From assembly GCA_964355075.1 (NCBI GenBank), contig CAYHCF010000004.1, forward strand, positions 952 to 64,951: 64,000 nucleotides of DNA. The letters run 5' to 3'. The translations under genes and the position numbers were made by a program. The DNA is from an uncultured Chitinophaga sp. Its GTDB lineage: Bacteria > Bacteroidota > Bacteroidia > UKL13-3. Shown here piece after piece: positions 44,983 to 54,770 of the stretch; positions within the stretch are counted from its first letter, which is position 1, and each line of letters begins with the position of its first letter. Under the pieces are notes generated by a model that had not been told where the DNA came from, searched no databases, and saw only the letters and a program-made list of their open reading frames with translations.

Positions 44983-45360
44983 ATGGAAAACGAAGATATA
45001 ACCAAAAAACTGCTTGAATTACTCAGCGATGACCTTGTTTTTTATAGTGATATGATTAAAGAAGTAGCCTTAGATATGATGAAGGAAGGCTATACCAAAT
45101 TCCCTGTTTTTATTGCACATCAGCACGAAGTTAAAGTGGGAGAACCTATCCTGTTATTTGGTGATTATGCCCGTGATTTCAATATTAATGCAAGCACTTT
45201 AGAAGAATTGATTGAACGCAAATTGGTTTTGCCTGAGCGGGTGGCTGATTTCAAATCCAACTATAAAAATCCGAAAGAATTCATTTGTATTTTATTGATT
45301 ACGGTTATTGGGGCACATTTTATTTATGTGCCCTATAAACAGAAAAAACCCAAATCCTAA
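44983..45360 (+). CDS. Hypothetical protein
   Basis: 125 aa from ATG 44983. 13 nt downstream of rlmD. No motif recognised. Confidence 0.45.
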   Translation: MENEDITKKLLELLSDDLVFYSDMIKEVALDMMKEGYTKFPVFIAHQHEVKVGEPILLFGDYARDFNINASTLEELIERKLVLPERVADFKSNYKNPKEFICILLITVIGAHFIYVPYKQKKPKS

Positions 45361-45392
45361 ATATCATAAAATAAAGGTCTGGAAAAGTGGTA

Positions 45393-45812
45393 TCATTTTA
45401 TTAAAAATGATTGAATGGCTAAATCATAACTATTTAACCCAAAACCTGTTATGACTCCTTTTGCATGTTTCGAAATATAGGATTGCTGCCTGAATTCCTC
45501 TCTGGCAAAAATATTTGTGATATGAACCTCCACAACGGGAGTTTTAATGGAGGCAACTGCATCACCTATTGCCACAGAAGTATGGGTATATCCGCCTGCA
45601 TTTAAAATGATGCCGTCGTAGGAAAAACCAATTTCATGTAAACAATTGATCAATTCCCCTTCAATATTGCTTTGAAAATAATCCAATTCTATTTGAGGAA
45701 ATTGAATTTTTAGTTGTGTAAAATAGTTGTCAAAAGAGATATTCCCGTACTTTTCCGGTTCGCGGGTGCCCAATAAATTGAGATTTGGGCCATTTATTAT
45801 CCTAAGTTTCAT
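45393..45812 (-). CDS. aroQ: Type II 3-dehydroquinate dehydratase
   Basis: 'IINGPNLNLLGTREPEKYG', 'NAGGYTHTSVAI', 'EVHITNIFAREEFR'. Confidence 0.95.
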   Translation of the reverse strand: MKLRIINGPNLNLLGTREPEKYGNISFDNYFTQLKIQFPQIELDYFQSNIEGELINCLHEIGFSYDGIILNAGGYTHTSVAIGDAVASIKTPVVEVHITNIFAREEFRQQSYISKHAKGVITGFGLNSYDLAIQSFLIK

Positions 45813-45845
45813 ACAAAAAGATTTAAAAATTAATAAAATATTCTA

Positions 45846-45853
45846 TATTTTTG
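45846..45853 (+). promoter_or_regulatory. Candidate -7 box TATTTTTG
   Basis: Perfect TAnnTTTG, 20 nt upstream of ATG 45874. Confidence 0.4.
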
Positions 45854-45873
45854 CCGCAAGTAAATATACTCCT

Positions 45874-46551
45874 ATGAAAAAACTATTACTTTATTTTTTT
45901 ATTGTTTGCAGTTTTCAGGCTGTTGTCGCGCAAACTTTCACTATTGTTCCTAAGCTGGCCAAAGGACAAGGTCCTAATAATTCCTTTTTAATCGATGCTT
46001 ACGCAACCTTTACAAATACAGGTTCTGAAACTAATTTCGAATGGAAAATCATTGACCTTGTTGCTCCAATCGGATGGGAATTTGGCATGTGTGACCCCTT
46101 TAATTGTGTATCCTCATTATCCATTGGTTCTGTGGGTCAGTTTACATTAGGAGTTGGTAAAAATGGCGTATTTAAAGGTGATTATACCCCTAATGGCAAA
46201 TCCGGATTAGGAACAGCTAAAGTAATCATTTATCCAAAATCTAACTCGGCATTACAGGATACGCTTGTTTTTCAAATGAACGCCTGGATTACAGGAATGA
46301 AAGAAAATAGTCAAAGCAAAGAATTCACCTATTATCCAAATCCGGTAAAAGACCATTTATTTGTGAAATATATTACCAAAGATGCTATGCAGATTGATAT
46401 TTACAATGTTCTGGGAACAAAAGTAAAAAGCTTTGTTCATAGTGGATTTGAAACAGATGTAAACGTTACGGAGTTGCAAAACGGAATCTATTTCATCCGT
46501 TTTAAAGATGCAAATCAAACTATCTCTAAACCATTTAACAAAACAGAATAG
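45874..46551 (+). CDS. Small secreted T9SS cargo protein
   Basis: Signal peptide MKKLLLYFFIVCSFQAVVAQ. C-terminal sorting domain (YPNPVKDHLFVKY..IDIYNVLGTKV..LQNGIYFIRF). The ORF-track start 45727 overlaps aroQ and was rejected. Confidence 0.8.
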   Translation: MKKLLLYFFIVCSFQAVVAQTFTIVPKLAKGQGPNNSFLIDAYATFTNTGSETNFEWKIIDLVAPIGWEFGMCDPFNCVSSLSIGSVGQFTLGVGKNGVFKGDYTPNGKSGLGTAKVIIYPKSNSALQDTLVFQMNAWITGMKENSQSKEFTYYPNPVKDHLFVKYITKDAMQIDIYNVLGTKVKSFVHSGFETDVNVTELQNGIYFIRFKDANQTISKPFNKTE

Positions 46552-46570
46552 AAATAAACATCAACCTATT

Positions 46571-46613
46571 AAAAAGGCCTGGTCTCATCTTAAGAACGAG
46601 ATCAGGCCTTTTT
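46571..46613. terminator. Bidirectional intrinsic terminator
   Basis: A5-GGCCTGGTCTC-loop-GAGATCAGGCC-T5, between convergent genes. Confidence 0.8.
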
Positions 46614-46630
46614 AGTGATATCGCTATCTT

Positions 46631-48127
46631 TTAAAATCTGTATCCTGCCCCAATGATAAAATTCAATTGGTTGGTGGTATTTACTGCTGAGGCATTGCAT
46701 CCTTCATAGGGAGTAATATAATCTTTCCCAATTCTGTCGCTTACAGCAAAGTCGAAAAAGAAAGCCTTGTTATATATTAATCCAATGCCCGCGCTAATAA
46801 CTTGTTTGGTGCCATCTGTTTTGCTTACCACATTCTCTTTATAAGGACTGCCTAATATGCTGTATCCTGCACGTATACGGATATCATCCGCTTTTATTTC
46901 AACTCCAAAACGGTAGTTATTTGCAATATCATAAATCACTTTATTATTGGAATTTGCAATTGCGAACGTGCTTTGGTCACTGAATCTTCCTTGTGTGAAA
47001 TCCACTCTTTCATAATCCACGGCTAAGATTGCAATTTGCCTTAAGGTGATCGCACCGCTGGCAATTAATCTTCCGGGAGTTACAATTTGATATTTGTAAT
47101 AATCTTCTCTTCCATCAGCTGAATTGGAGCTTCCGGTCGTATATTTCATATCCATTGTGTTTTGGTAATAATCCGTTAAATCTATACGAATAGGAGTATG
47201 ATAGGAAACTCCCATTTTTAAAAAATCGACAGGTCTTAAAATGACTCCAAATTTTCCACCCACACCTGAACCCTCCGTTCTTAAACTCTGATTAATGGTT
47301 ACTGATTTGTATCTGGCAGGAGTAGTGCTGTTGATACTGCTTTTTACAACCGATTCCGTATAGGTATTGTCCGAAGTGAAATCAATATCCTGAATAACCA
47401 CAGAACCCCCGAGGTATAAGAAATTCCCGATATTGAATCCTGCACCGGCATACCATTCGTTTGCACTGCCTTTATTTTGAATAACATTGCCCTGATTTAC
47501 CGTATAAACAGAATCCCCCAATACTTCAAAAATTGATTTATAAGCACTGGGTGATCCGCTATTATCAATTAAAAAAGTCCTCCAGGCCTGCGCGTATGGT
47601 TCGTTATCATAGTCCGCACTGTTCAGGATTGTTGAATCAGTGCCTGCTGCTTTATTTGCAAAATATTGCGCAATAGATTGATTGTTATTATTTCCGGAAT
47701 AAGAGGTAGTGGTTTGAAAATTATTGATACGGTTCATTCCAAATGCAAAACTTGAGCTGACAACCCCGGTTGTTTGATCCTTTCCGGCAGATTGATTCAA
47801 TTTTGTAAAAACCATACCCAAATTTGGAAGGTTTAATATGGTTCTTCCGTCTTTGGTGATATTGCCCTGATAGTTGGCGCTACTCATGGTTGCGGTGATA
47901 GCCAGTGAACCCATAAATTCATTCTTACGGTATAATGCTAATCCTGCAGGGTTAATGGATGCCGAAGTTGGATCTGCTCCAACTGCACCCCAGGCACCTC
48001 CCAGCCCTAATGTTCTGGCTGAACCTATTAATCCCTGATTACTGTATCTGAAAAGATCTTCCTGATTTTGGGCTTGCGCATTTATGATGAAACACGACAC
48101 AACAATCCCAATAAATAGCTTTTTCAT
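46631..48127 (-). CDS. Outer-membrane beta-barrel protein, FadL/OMPP1/TodX-like
   Basis: 498 aa. Signal peptide. N-terminal 'SARTLGLGGAWGAVGADPTSASINPAGLA' as in FadL-family hatch regions. Alternating beta-strand texture. C-terminal '..GAGYRF'. Confidence 0.65.
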   Translation of the reverse strand: MKKLFIGIVVSCFIINAQAQNQEDLFRYSNQGLIGSARTLGLGGAWGAVGADPTSASINPAGLALYRKNEFMGSLAITATMSSANYQGNITKDGRTILNLPNLGMVFTKLNQSAGKDQTTGVVSSSFAFGMNRINNFQTTTSYSGNNNNQSIAQYFANKAAGTDSTILNSADYDNEPYAQAWRTFLIDNSGSPSAYKSIFEVLGDSVYTVNQGNVIQNKGSANEWYAGAGFNIGNFLYLGGSVVIQDIDFTSDNTYTESVVKSSINSTTPARYKSVTINQSLRTEGSGVGGKFGVILRPVDFLKMGVSYHTPIRIDLTDYYQNTMDMKYTTGSSNSADGREDYYKYQIVTPGRLIASGAITLRQIAILAVDYERVDFTQGRFSDQSTFAIANSNNKVIYDIANNYRFGVEIKADDIRIRAGYSILGSPYKENVVSKTDGTKQVISAGIGLIYNKAFFFDFAVSDRIGKDYITPYEGCNASAVNTTNQLNFIIGAGYRF

Positions 48128-48156
48128 ATTATTTTTCTTTAATAAACTTTAATAAA

Positions 48157-49884
48157 TTATCGCGGACGAGACCTTGGGGCTGAACCACCACCACCGCTTC
48201 CGGAAGAACCGCCACTTGAACCGCCCCCACCTGATCTAGGGCTTGGGCTGCTTTGAGATGGGCTGCTGGGCGCACTGTAAGAAGGTTGACTCCTTGATGG
48301 CGCACTGTAAGAGGGTGCGGGGGCATTTTGAGGAGGAGAATAGGACGATCTTGGCACGGGTGCATTGTTATAATTGTTGTTATTAGGTAAACTATTATTT
48401 GAACCCCTATCACCCCGATTTGGTCTTGAATAATCGCCTCTTCCTGATCGATTATTTTCACTTCTTCCAGGTGAATTAACGCCAGGGTTTTCACTGGTAC
48501 TATTGTTATACGACCTTTCCCGTGAAGGTATATAAATCTGCGTTCCGTTTGAACCTTGAATCAGATCACCTCCCGGACGATTTGTGCTTACATTTTCGGG
48601 CTTGGTTCGATCGGAAGGGTTGCTATTAGGCGAAACATAAACCGGTCTTCCGTTTATATCATTTTTTAGTTCTCCTCCCGGGCGATTTGTTGCTACATTT
48701 TCGGGTGGGGTACGATCTGATGGATTAGGTTTGGGTGAAACATAAACCGGTTTCCCATTTAAATCATTTTTTAATTCTCCTCCTGGCTTATCGCTTGAAA
48801 CACTGCCTCCGCTGTTGATATCAGGCCGGTTTGGGCGGTAAGCATTTTCGCTTTCTGTTGGTCTTGCCGGCTTAGAAAAGGCAGGCTGAGCAGGATTACC
48901 CGATTGGTTAACCACATTGGTTCCGCTTTCAACTGTTGGACGGTTGCTATGACCGTCGGGAGTATAATTTCGGGGCTGAGAACCGGCAGGGATGCTTGAA
49001 CCCATGGAGTTTCGGGGACGAAGCATCGGACGATTGGTTACAATATCGTTTCCATTTCCCCAATTATTGTGATGATTGCCACAATCATTATGGTGATAGC
49101 CATTATGGTGATAGCCATTATGGTGATAGCCATAAGGGGAATATCCATAAGGGGAATATCCATAAGGGGAATATCCATAAGGGGAATATCCATAAGGATG
49201 ATACCCATATCCATAACCCCATGGATCATATGCGTATGGATTATACATTCCATATCCATAATAAGGATTATTCCACATTCCATAACCATAACTCATCCCA
49301 TATCCCATTCCATAATTCCACCCGTCATAACTGCTATAGCCAAAACCAATGTTCCAGCCCGGGGCCCAATTATAATAACCCGGACGAACAATAGGATGGT
49401 AAAAACTGGTCCATCCCCAGTTTGAACTCAGGGTATTATAATAGGGATCATCATAGTAATAGGTACGCTCTGACCCAAATCTACGGGCATCTCTGTAATC
49501 ATTTTTTTCCTCTTCAATAACAGCGCCCTGATTTTTATTTGAACCTGAAACTTCAGCTTCTGAATTTCCTGAACTTGTTGTCAATCCTCTTTTTTTGTTC
49601 CATTCATCGTAAGCATTTTGTGCCCCGGCCTGATCGTAACCGGAAGGCTCTTCGCCTGACTTAACCTGGTTGCCGGGCTCATAATTCTGATATGATGAAG
49701 AAGGCCCCTTCCCGGATTTTCCAATCTTTTCAACCTCTTCAATGCTTTGCAGTTTTTTAGCTGCATCACTCCTCGACCAATAGGCATCATCCTCAGTAAT
49801 ACTTGAATTAAAACTTTTATGTGTTCCACAAGCAGTTAATGATAACATTAACAAGCTGAAAAAATATAATTTCATGTTTTTCAT
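48157..49884 (-). CDS. Low-complexity Tyr/Gly/His/Pro/Asn/Ser-rich lipoprotein
   Basis: Start at MKNMKLYFFSLLMLSLTAC (lipobox LTAC). Contains GY/NPY-rich block, (GYSPY)x4, (GYHHN)x3, three ~33-aa NRPGGELKND.NG.PVYVSP repeats and a G/S tail. 29 nt upstream of the barrel gene on the same strand. Confidence 0.7.
   Translation of the reverse strand: MKNMKLYFFSLLMLSLTACGTHKSFNSSITEDDAYWSRSDAAKKLQSIEEVEKIGKSGKGPSSSYQNYEPGNQVKSGEEPSGYDQAGAQNAYDEWNKKRGLTTSSGNSEAEVSGSNKNQGAVIEEEKNDYRDARRFGSERTYYYDDPYYNTLSSNWGWTSFYHPIVRPGYYNWAPGWNIGFGYSSYDGWNYGMGYGMSYGYGMWNNPYYGYGMYNPYAYDPWGYGYGYHPYGYSPYGYSPYGYSPYGYSPYGYHHNGYHHNGYHHNDCGNHHNNWGNGNDIVTNRPMLRPRNSMGSSIPAGSQPRNYTPDGHSNRPTVESGTNVVNQSGNPAQPAFSKPARPTESENAYRPNRPDINSGGSVSSDKPGGELKNDLNGKPVYVSPKPNPSDRTPPENVATNRPGGELKNDINGRPVYVSPNSNPSDRTKPENVSTNRPGGDLIQGSNGTQIYIPSRERSYNNSTSENPGVNSPGRSENNRSGRGDYSRPNRGDRGSNNSLPNNNNYNNAPVPRSSYSPPQNAPAPSYSAPSRSQPSYSAPSSPSQSSPSPRSGGGGSSGGSSGSGGGGSAPRSRPR
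49087..49206 (-). repeat. Perfect in-frame 15-bp tandem repeats inside the lipoprotein gene
   Basis: ATTATGGTGATAGCC x3 (49087-49131), ATAAGGGGAATATCC x4 (49132-49191), and a degenerate eighth unit (49192-49206). Confidence 0.95.
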
Positions 49885-49927
49885 AACTCTAATTTTTAAT
49901 TCGTTAAACAAAGTAACAACTAAAAAG

Positions 49928-49935
49928 TATTTTTG
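49928..49935 (+). promoter_or_regulatory. Candidate -7 box TATTTTTG for proS
   Basis: Perfect TAnnTTTG, 41 nt upstream of ATG 49977. Confidence 0.35.
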
Positions 49936-49976
49936 TCGCTGTTTATTATGTTTCAAATATTATTCCAAACTCATTC

Positions 49977-51452
49977 ATGGAAATTAAAAAGGTAAAACGG
50001 AGCGAAGATTACAGTGCGTGGTACAATAATTTGGTTAAGAATGCTGATCTGGCAGAGCATTCGGAAGTTAAAGGCTGCATGGTTATTAAACCTTATGGCT
50101 ATGCCATATGGGAAAAAATGCAGGCTGAATTAGACAAAAGATTCAAGGAAACTGGACACCAGAACGCATATTTCCCATTATTTATTCCCAAATCGTTTTT
50201 CACAAAAGAGGCCAGTCATGTAGATGGTTTCGCTAAAGAATGCGCGGTGGTTACCCATTATCGTTTAAAAGTTGATGAGGTAACCAAAGAAATTGTGGTT
50301 GATCCGGAGGCAAAATTAGAAGAAGAATTAATTGTTCGTCCTACCAGTGAAACCATCATCTGGAATACTTACCGCTCATGGATTCAAAGTTACCGTGATT
50401 TACCCATTTTGTTGAACCAATGGGCAAATGTGGTAAGATGGGAAATGAGAACCCGACTCTTTTTGCGTACCACTGAATTTCTTTGGCAGGAAGGTCACAC
50501 CGCACATGCCACTGCCGAAGAAGCCATTGTAGAAACCACAAAAATGCTTGATGTTTATGCCAATTTTTCTGAAAACATTTTGGCTATCCCCGTTATAAAA
50601 GGTGTTAAATCAGCAAATGAACGATTTGCAGGTGCAATCGAAACCTATTGTATTGAAGGCTTAATGCAGGATGGAAAAGCGCTTCAAATGGGGACTTCCC
50701 ATTTTTTGGGTCAGAACTTTGCAAAGGCATTTGAGGTAAAATATGTGACCCGGGAAAATACCAAAGAATACGTTTGGGCAACCTCCTGGGGCGTATCAAC
50801 CCGGTTAATGGGTGCGTTAATTATGTGTCACAGCGATGATGAAGGTTTGGTTTTACCGCCCAGATTGGCCCCAATTCAGGTAGTTATTATTCCTATATTC
50901 AGAAAAGATGAAGAAAAAGCTTTGGTTTTACAGAAGGCAGATGAATATTACCAATTATTAATGAAACAGGGTATCCGCGTAAAGCTGGATGATAGAGATT
51001 ATCAATCACCGGGATTTAAATTTGCTGAGCATGAATTAAAAGGGGTTCCGGTTCGTATTGCCATCGGCCCCAGAGATATTCAAAATCAAACGGTTGAAGT
51101 TGCCAGAAGGGATACCAAAGAAAAACAAATCATGAGTGCTGCGGATCTGGAACACAAGATTCCACATTTATTGGAGCAAATTCAAATAAACATATACCAA
51201 CGTGCACTCGATTACCGAAGTGATCACCTGTTTGCTGTAGATACCTGGGAGGAGTTTATGGATGCGCTAGAGAATAAAACAGGATTTGTTAGCGCTCACT
51301 GGGATGGTACTTCTGCTACCGAAGAAAAAATCAAAGAATTATCAAAGGCAACCATTCGTTGCATTCCCTTGAATAATCCTCAGGAAACCGGTAAATGTAT
51401 CTTAACGGGTAATCCTTCCACACAACGGGTTCTCTTTGCAATGGCATACTGA
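49977..51452 (+). CDS. proS: Proline--tRNA ligase (archaeal/eukaryote-like type)
   Basis: 491 aa. '[30 protein letters not shown]' N-terminus, class II motifs ('[16 protein letters not shown]'), and a C-terminal ProRS-C1-like domain ending in Y. Confidence 0.93.
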   Translation: MEIKKVKRSEDYSAWYNNLVKNADLAEHSEVKGCMVIKPYGYAIWEKMQAELDKRFKETGHQNAYFPLFIPKSFFTKEASHVDGFAKECAVVTHYRLKVDEVTKEIVVDPEAKLEEELIVRPTSETIIWNTYRSWIQSYRDLPILLNQWANVVRWEMRTRLFLRTTEFLWQEGHTAHATAEEAIVETTKMLDVYANFSENILAIPVIKGVKSANERFAGAIETYCIEGLMQDGKALQMGTSHFLGQNFAKAFEVKYVTRENTKEYVWATSWGVSTRLMGALIMCHSDDEGLVLPPRLAPIQVVIIPIFRKDEEKALVLQKADEYYQLLMKQGIRVKLDDRDYQSPGFKFAEHELKGVPVRIAIGPRDIQNQTVEVARRDTKEKQIMSAADLEHKIPHLLEQIQINIYQRALDYRSDHLFAVDTWEEFMDALENKTGFVSAHWDGTSATEEKIKELSKATIRCIPLNNPQETGKCILTGNPSTQRVLFAMAY

Positions 51453-51464
51453 TTTTTTTCGATG

Positions 51465-52229
51465 TTAAACATAACCTTTCATCGTATAAACAATCAAACC
51501 AATCCATTCTTTTATGAGATAAGTCCAGTTTTGTATACCCCCATAAGCGGGTAAAAATGTATTTATGATATGGTCTTTACTTCGTATGGAACGCATATCT
51601 GTTGCGTAGGGAGTTACGTTCATTCCGGTCTTTTTAAAACATTTCAAAGCCCTTCTCATGTGAAATCCTGAAGTGACCAACAAGAATTTTTTATTTCTCC
51701 AATCCGGATCCTTTCTTTCAAGCATCTTCGATGTAAAAGCGGCATTCTCATAGGTATTAATTGATTCCGTTTCTATCCATATGCAGGAATCCGGTATGCC
51801 ACATTTTATTAAAAAGGCTCTCCCCAATTCAGCTTCCGCTTTATAGGTTCCGAAAATGGTATCGGCTCCGGCAGTATATATAATCTTATTAGAGACGCCC
51901 CGTTTAAACAAATCAATGGCCTGCATCATCCGGTCATTCCCATCAGAAAAATTTACCCGTAACTGCCCGTCAATTGTGTAATTGGTAACGAATCCTCCCG
52001 GAATAATCAATCCTTCAAATTTTTCGTTTTTGGAAATGACTATGGGTTCAACCTCATACCAACCCATCACCATTTGACTGATATAGGGATTTGAAAAAAA
52101 GATCAGCAAGCCAAAACCCCACCAGAAGTAATTTTTGATTTTAGTAAGTATAAACAATAAAAACAAAATGATGATCAAACTTACAGGAGCTACGAGAGCG
52201 TATAAAACTTTGGATAAAATATAAAACAT
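51465..52229 (-). CDS. YdcF/DUF218-family (ElyC/SanA-like) membrane-anchored protein
   Basis: Start at MFYILSKVLYAL.. (52229). 'IIPGG', 'LLVTSGFHMRRA'. Confidence 0.8.
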   Translation of the reverse strand: MFYILSKVLYALVAPVSLIIILFLLFILTKIKNYFWWGFGLLIFFSNPYISQMVMGWYEVEPIVISKNEKFEGLIIPGGFVTNYTIDGQLRVNFSDGNDRMMQAIDLFKRGVSNKIIYTAGADTIFGTYKAEAELGRAFLIKCGIPDSCIWIETESINTYENAAFTSKMLERKDPDWRNKKFLLVTSGFHMRRALKCFKKTGMNVTPYATDMRSIRSKDHIINTFLPAYGGIQNWTYLIKEWIGLIVYTMKGYV

Positions 52230-52231
52230 GG

Positions 52232-53218
52232 TTATGGATTGAAATATTGATAATAAAGGCTGCAAATTACAAGAAAAGCAAAAATGAGTTCCTTCAGAAC
52301 TTTCTTTTTATCACTGATAAAAAAATTGGCTAAAATGATGGATACGGCTACCGATAGAAAACACAGACCAAAAACAAAGCTGTGATTTTCTGCAAATACA
52401 CTAATCACACCGAATACCGACATGATAAAAACAACTAACTGAATACGCCTTGTTTTAACTTTATTTCGAAAAAAATTGTTTTGAATATCAAAAGAAGACA
52501 GAAAGAATACAGGAATTATTACGATCCATATCAGACTTTGCTTTAAAGTAATATCAAGTGCGTTAAAGTAATTTTTGTTATAAGAATAGTTAAATGAAGA
52601 AATCAGGTCTTTTAAATGATCGGTAAGATAAAAGATGACTCCTAAAAAATAAATGGGAAGGATAATGCCAATAATTGCTACCAGCCAATATCGAAAATTG
52701 AAAGAGGTCATGTAAAGAACACTGATCAGAATAAAAGGTAGATAGATGATCAAATCGTAGCTTAAAAGCAAACCTATTCCGAGGTATATGCCTGCATCGA
52801 ACACCAATAATAAAGGAATATTCGATTCGTAGAGATAACACAATCTGAATAACAGCAAAATTATAAAGGTATTGGCCAATATCTGCGGCGATAAAAATAA
52901 TTGTTGCGGATACAAGCTGTTCAGTATTACAAAAAAAACAGCCGGAAGAAGGCTTTCCTTATATAATACAGCATGTGAAGCAGTAATATAATTGACCAAT
53001 AATGCCTGAGAAAAAATAATCAGGGTTGATATCATATTTGACCTGAGAGAAAAATCTCCGAAGGAATCAAACCAGGTAAAAACCATACTCGCAATTGGCG
53101 TATTAATTGAAGGTTCAAAATGAAAAGCAACAAAATAAGGAGACATACGCAGGAGGATGGTAAAAACCAATAAGAACAGGATCGGGAAAAGCGAATGGGA
53201 CCGGAATATACTTAACAA
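52232..53218 (-). CDS. Hypothetical polytopic membrane protein
   Basis: 328 aa, TTG start, about 9 TM helices. 2 nt from the downstream gene. Confidence 0.5.
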   Translation of the reverse strand: MLSIFRSHSLFPILFLLVFTILLRMSPYFVAFHFEPSINTPIASMVFTWFDSFGDFSLRSNMISTLIIFSQALLVNYITASHAVLYKESLLPAVFFVILNSLYPQQLFLSPQILANTFIILLLFRLCYLYESNIPLLLVFDAGIYLGIGLLLSYDLIIYLPFILISVLYMTSFNFRYWLVAIIGIILPIYFLGVIFYLTDHLKDLISSFNYSYNKNYFNALDITLKQSLIWIVIIPVFFLSSFDIQNNFFRNKVKTRRIQLVVFIMSVFGVISVFAENHSFVFGLCFLSVAVSIILANFFISDKKKVLKELIFAFLVICSLYYQYFNP

Positions 53219-53228
53219 AATTTTTGAA

Positions 53229-54701
53229 TTAAAAGGTTACACGCATCAAAGTAAACTGTTTGTCACGGATTGTACTTAATATAACACTATTAGCACTGGT
53301 CTGCTTGTATTCGGTTGGAATAATGGTGGCTTCAAAATTACTTGATTTAATAAGGATTTTCCCATCCGACTTACCCAGGTAATTGGTATAATGCAACATA
53401 ATATCACTTTCTTTATCTAAATCACTATTAAAAACAGTATAAACAAAATCAGTGGTTGGAATGGTAATTATGGAAGACAGGTAACCACCATCTCCTACTG
53501 AATTCTGCCTTTTTTTAATCAGATCTGAAAATTGAATCTGTCCTTCTTTATTCAGGGAAATAATACCAACCTCATCATAATTATAAATAATTCTGGTAGC
53601 CGTTTGAGGGAAATTGTTTACGTAATAGGTATAAGTCTGCCGGGTTTGATAATATTTTTCAATGACAAGCATCAAACCTCCATCGCTTCGTGCGATCACT
53701 TTGCGAATATAAAAATCGTTTAAGTCGGGACGCTTCTTATCTAATTTTGCAGCGTTTAATTTTTGCAGTACATTGGGATCCATTAAGCCTGCATAATTTA
53801 GCTCAGCGAGTTGGGTATTCAGGTTAATTCTCTCCACAAAATATCCGGATACTTCATTCCTGTTTTTTGTTGAATAAAATCCAACAACCGAAACCGTTTG
53901 ATTAAAATTGTTCAAAACCATGCCTAATTCCTCTGTAAAAAGAGAATCTTTATCAAGCTGATATTCCATTATTCTGTCATTATTCTGGTAATATCCGAAT
54001 AAGAAGAATTTTCGTGGATCGCCGGAATCATCCTTCCCGGGTTCTTTTGGAAAATCAATCAAAACAAAGGCATCTCCCAAATTACTTAAATCATAACTGG
54101 TCATGAAAACACTCTTTTGAGGATAATTTAATTTAAACTGTTTCCCGTAAATCTGTTGAATTTGATTGTTAAAGCAATATAAATTCAAATGACTCGTATT
54201 GGCATCCTCTCCCCAGGTGAGATACAGGATTCCAATCTTACTTCTATCCGCATTGGTTTTGATCTGAATTTTGCGCTTCTCGATAAATTTGCCTTTTTCA
54301 ATGGAACAAATAATAAACGGACTGCCCATGATTTTAAAATTCTCATCCATTTTTTGCACAAAAAGATCCACTTTCCCCGTCAGGGTATTTCGGGCACTAA
54401 TAAATATAGTTAAGATATTATTTACCAGCAAAACCCGTTCTACCGTTCCGTTTACCGAAAGAGGTAAAGCAATACTTTGTTCCAGGGTAAGATTGGTTCT
54501 GTATTTTTCAAGGATAATATCGTTTGTGAACTCGTTGTCTTTGCAGCGAAGAAGGTAAAGCCAGGAGGTGGTTTCGCCAACGATCTGGGTATAGAGATTT
54601 TTCTGTTTGATCTTTTGAGGGTTTCCCCATTCCACATTTTGTGCCCTGGCCTGAAAGAGCCAAAAACATAAAACAATGAAAAAAAACTTCTTAAATGCCA
54701 T
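53229..54701 (-). CDS. Hypothetical secreted protein
   Basis: Start at MAFKKFFFIVLCFWLFQARAQ (54701). Beta-rich, no motif recognised. Confidence 0.5.
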   Translation of the reverse strand: MAFKKFFFIVLCFWLFQARAQNVEWGNPQKIKQKNLYTQIVGETTSWLYLLRCKDNEFTNDIILEKYRTNLTLEQSIALPLSVNGTVERVLLVNNILTIFISARNTLTGKVDLFVQKMDENFKIMGSPFIICSIEKGKFIEKRKIQIKTNADRSKIGILYLTWGEDANTSHLNLYCFNNQIQQIYGKQFKLNYPQKSVFMTSYDLSNLGDAFVLIDFPKEPGKDDSGDPRKFFLFGYYQNNDRIMEYQLDKDSLFTEELGMVLNNFNQTVSVVGFYSTKNRNEVSGYFVERINLNTQLAELNYAGLMDPNVLQKLNAAKLDKKRPDLNDFYIRKVIARSDGGLMLVIEKYYQTRQTYTYYVNNFPQTATRIIYNYDEVGIISLNKEGQIQFSDLIKKRQNSVGDGGYLSSIITIPTTDFVYTVFNSDLDKESDIMLHYTNYLGKSDGKILIKSSNFEATIIPTEYKQTSANSVILSTIRDKQFTLMRVTF

Positions 54702-54770
54702 TAATTTGCAAATATTTAGAAAAAACGAAGATAATTTTTCTGCGTATTTGTTTGAACACAAATTTATTTA

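Noticed and set aside
48129-49425. ORFs 48129-48494, 48936-49394, 49038-49289 and 49069-49425 with repetitive His/Ile/Met-rich translations
   Set aside because: These are alternative-frame or opposite-strand readings of the repeat-rich lipoprotein gene. Their periodicity comes from the 15-bp repeats. Only the lipobox-containing frame has a sensible start and signal peptide.
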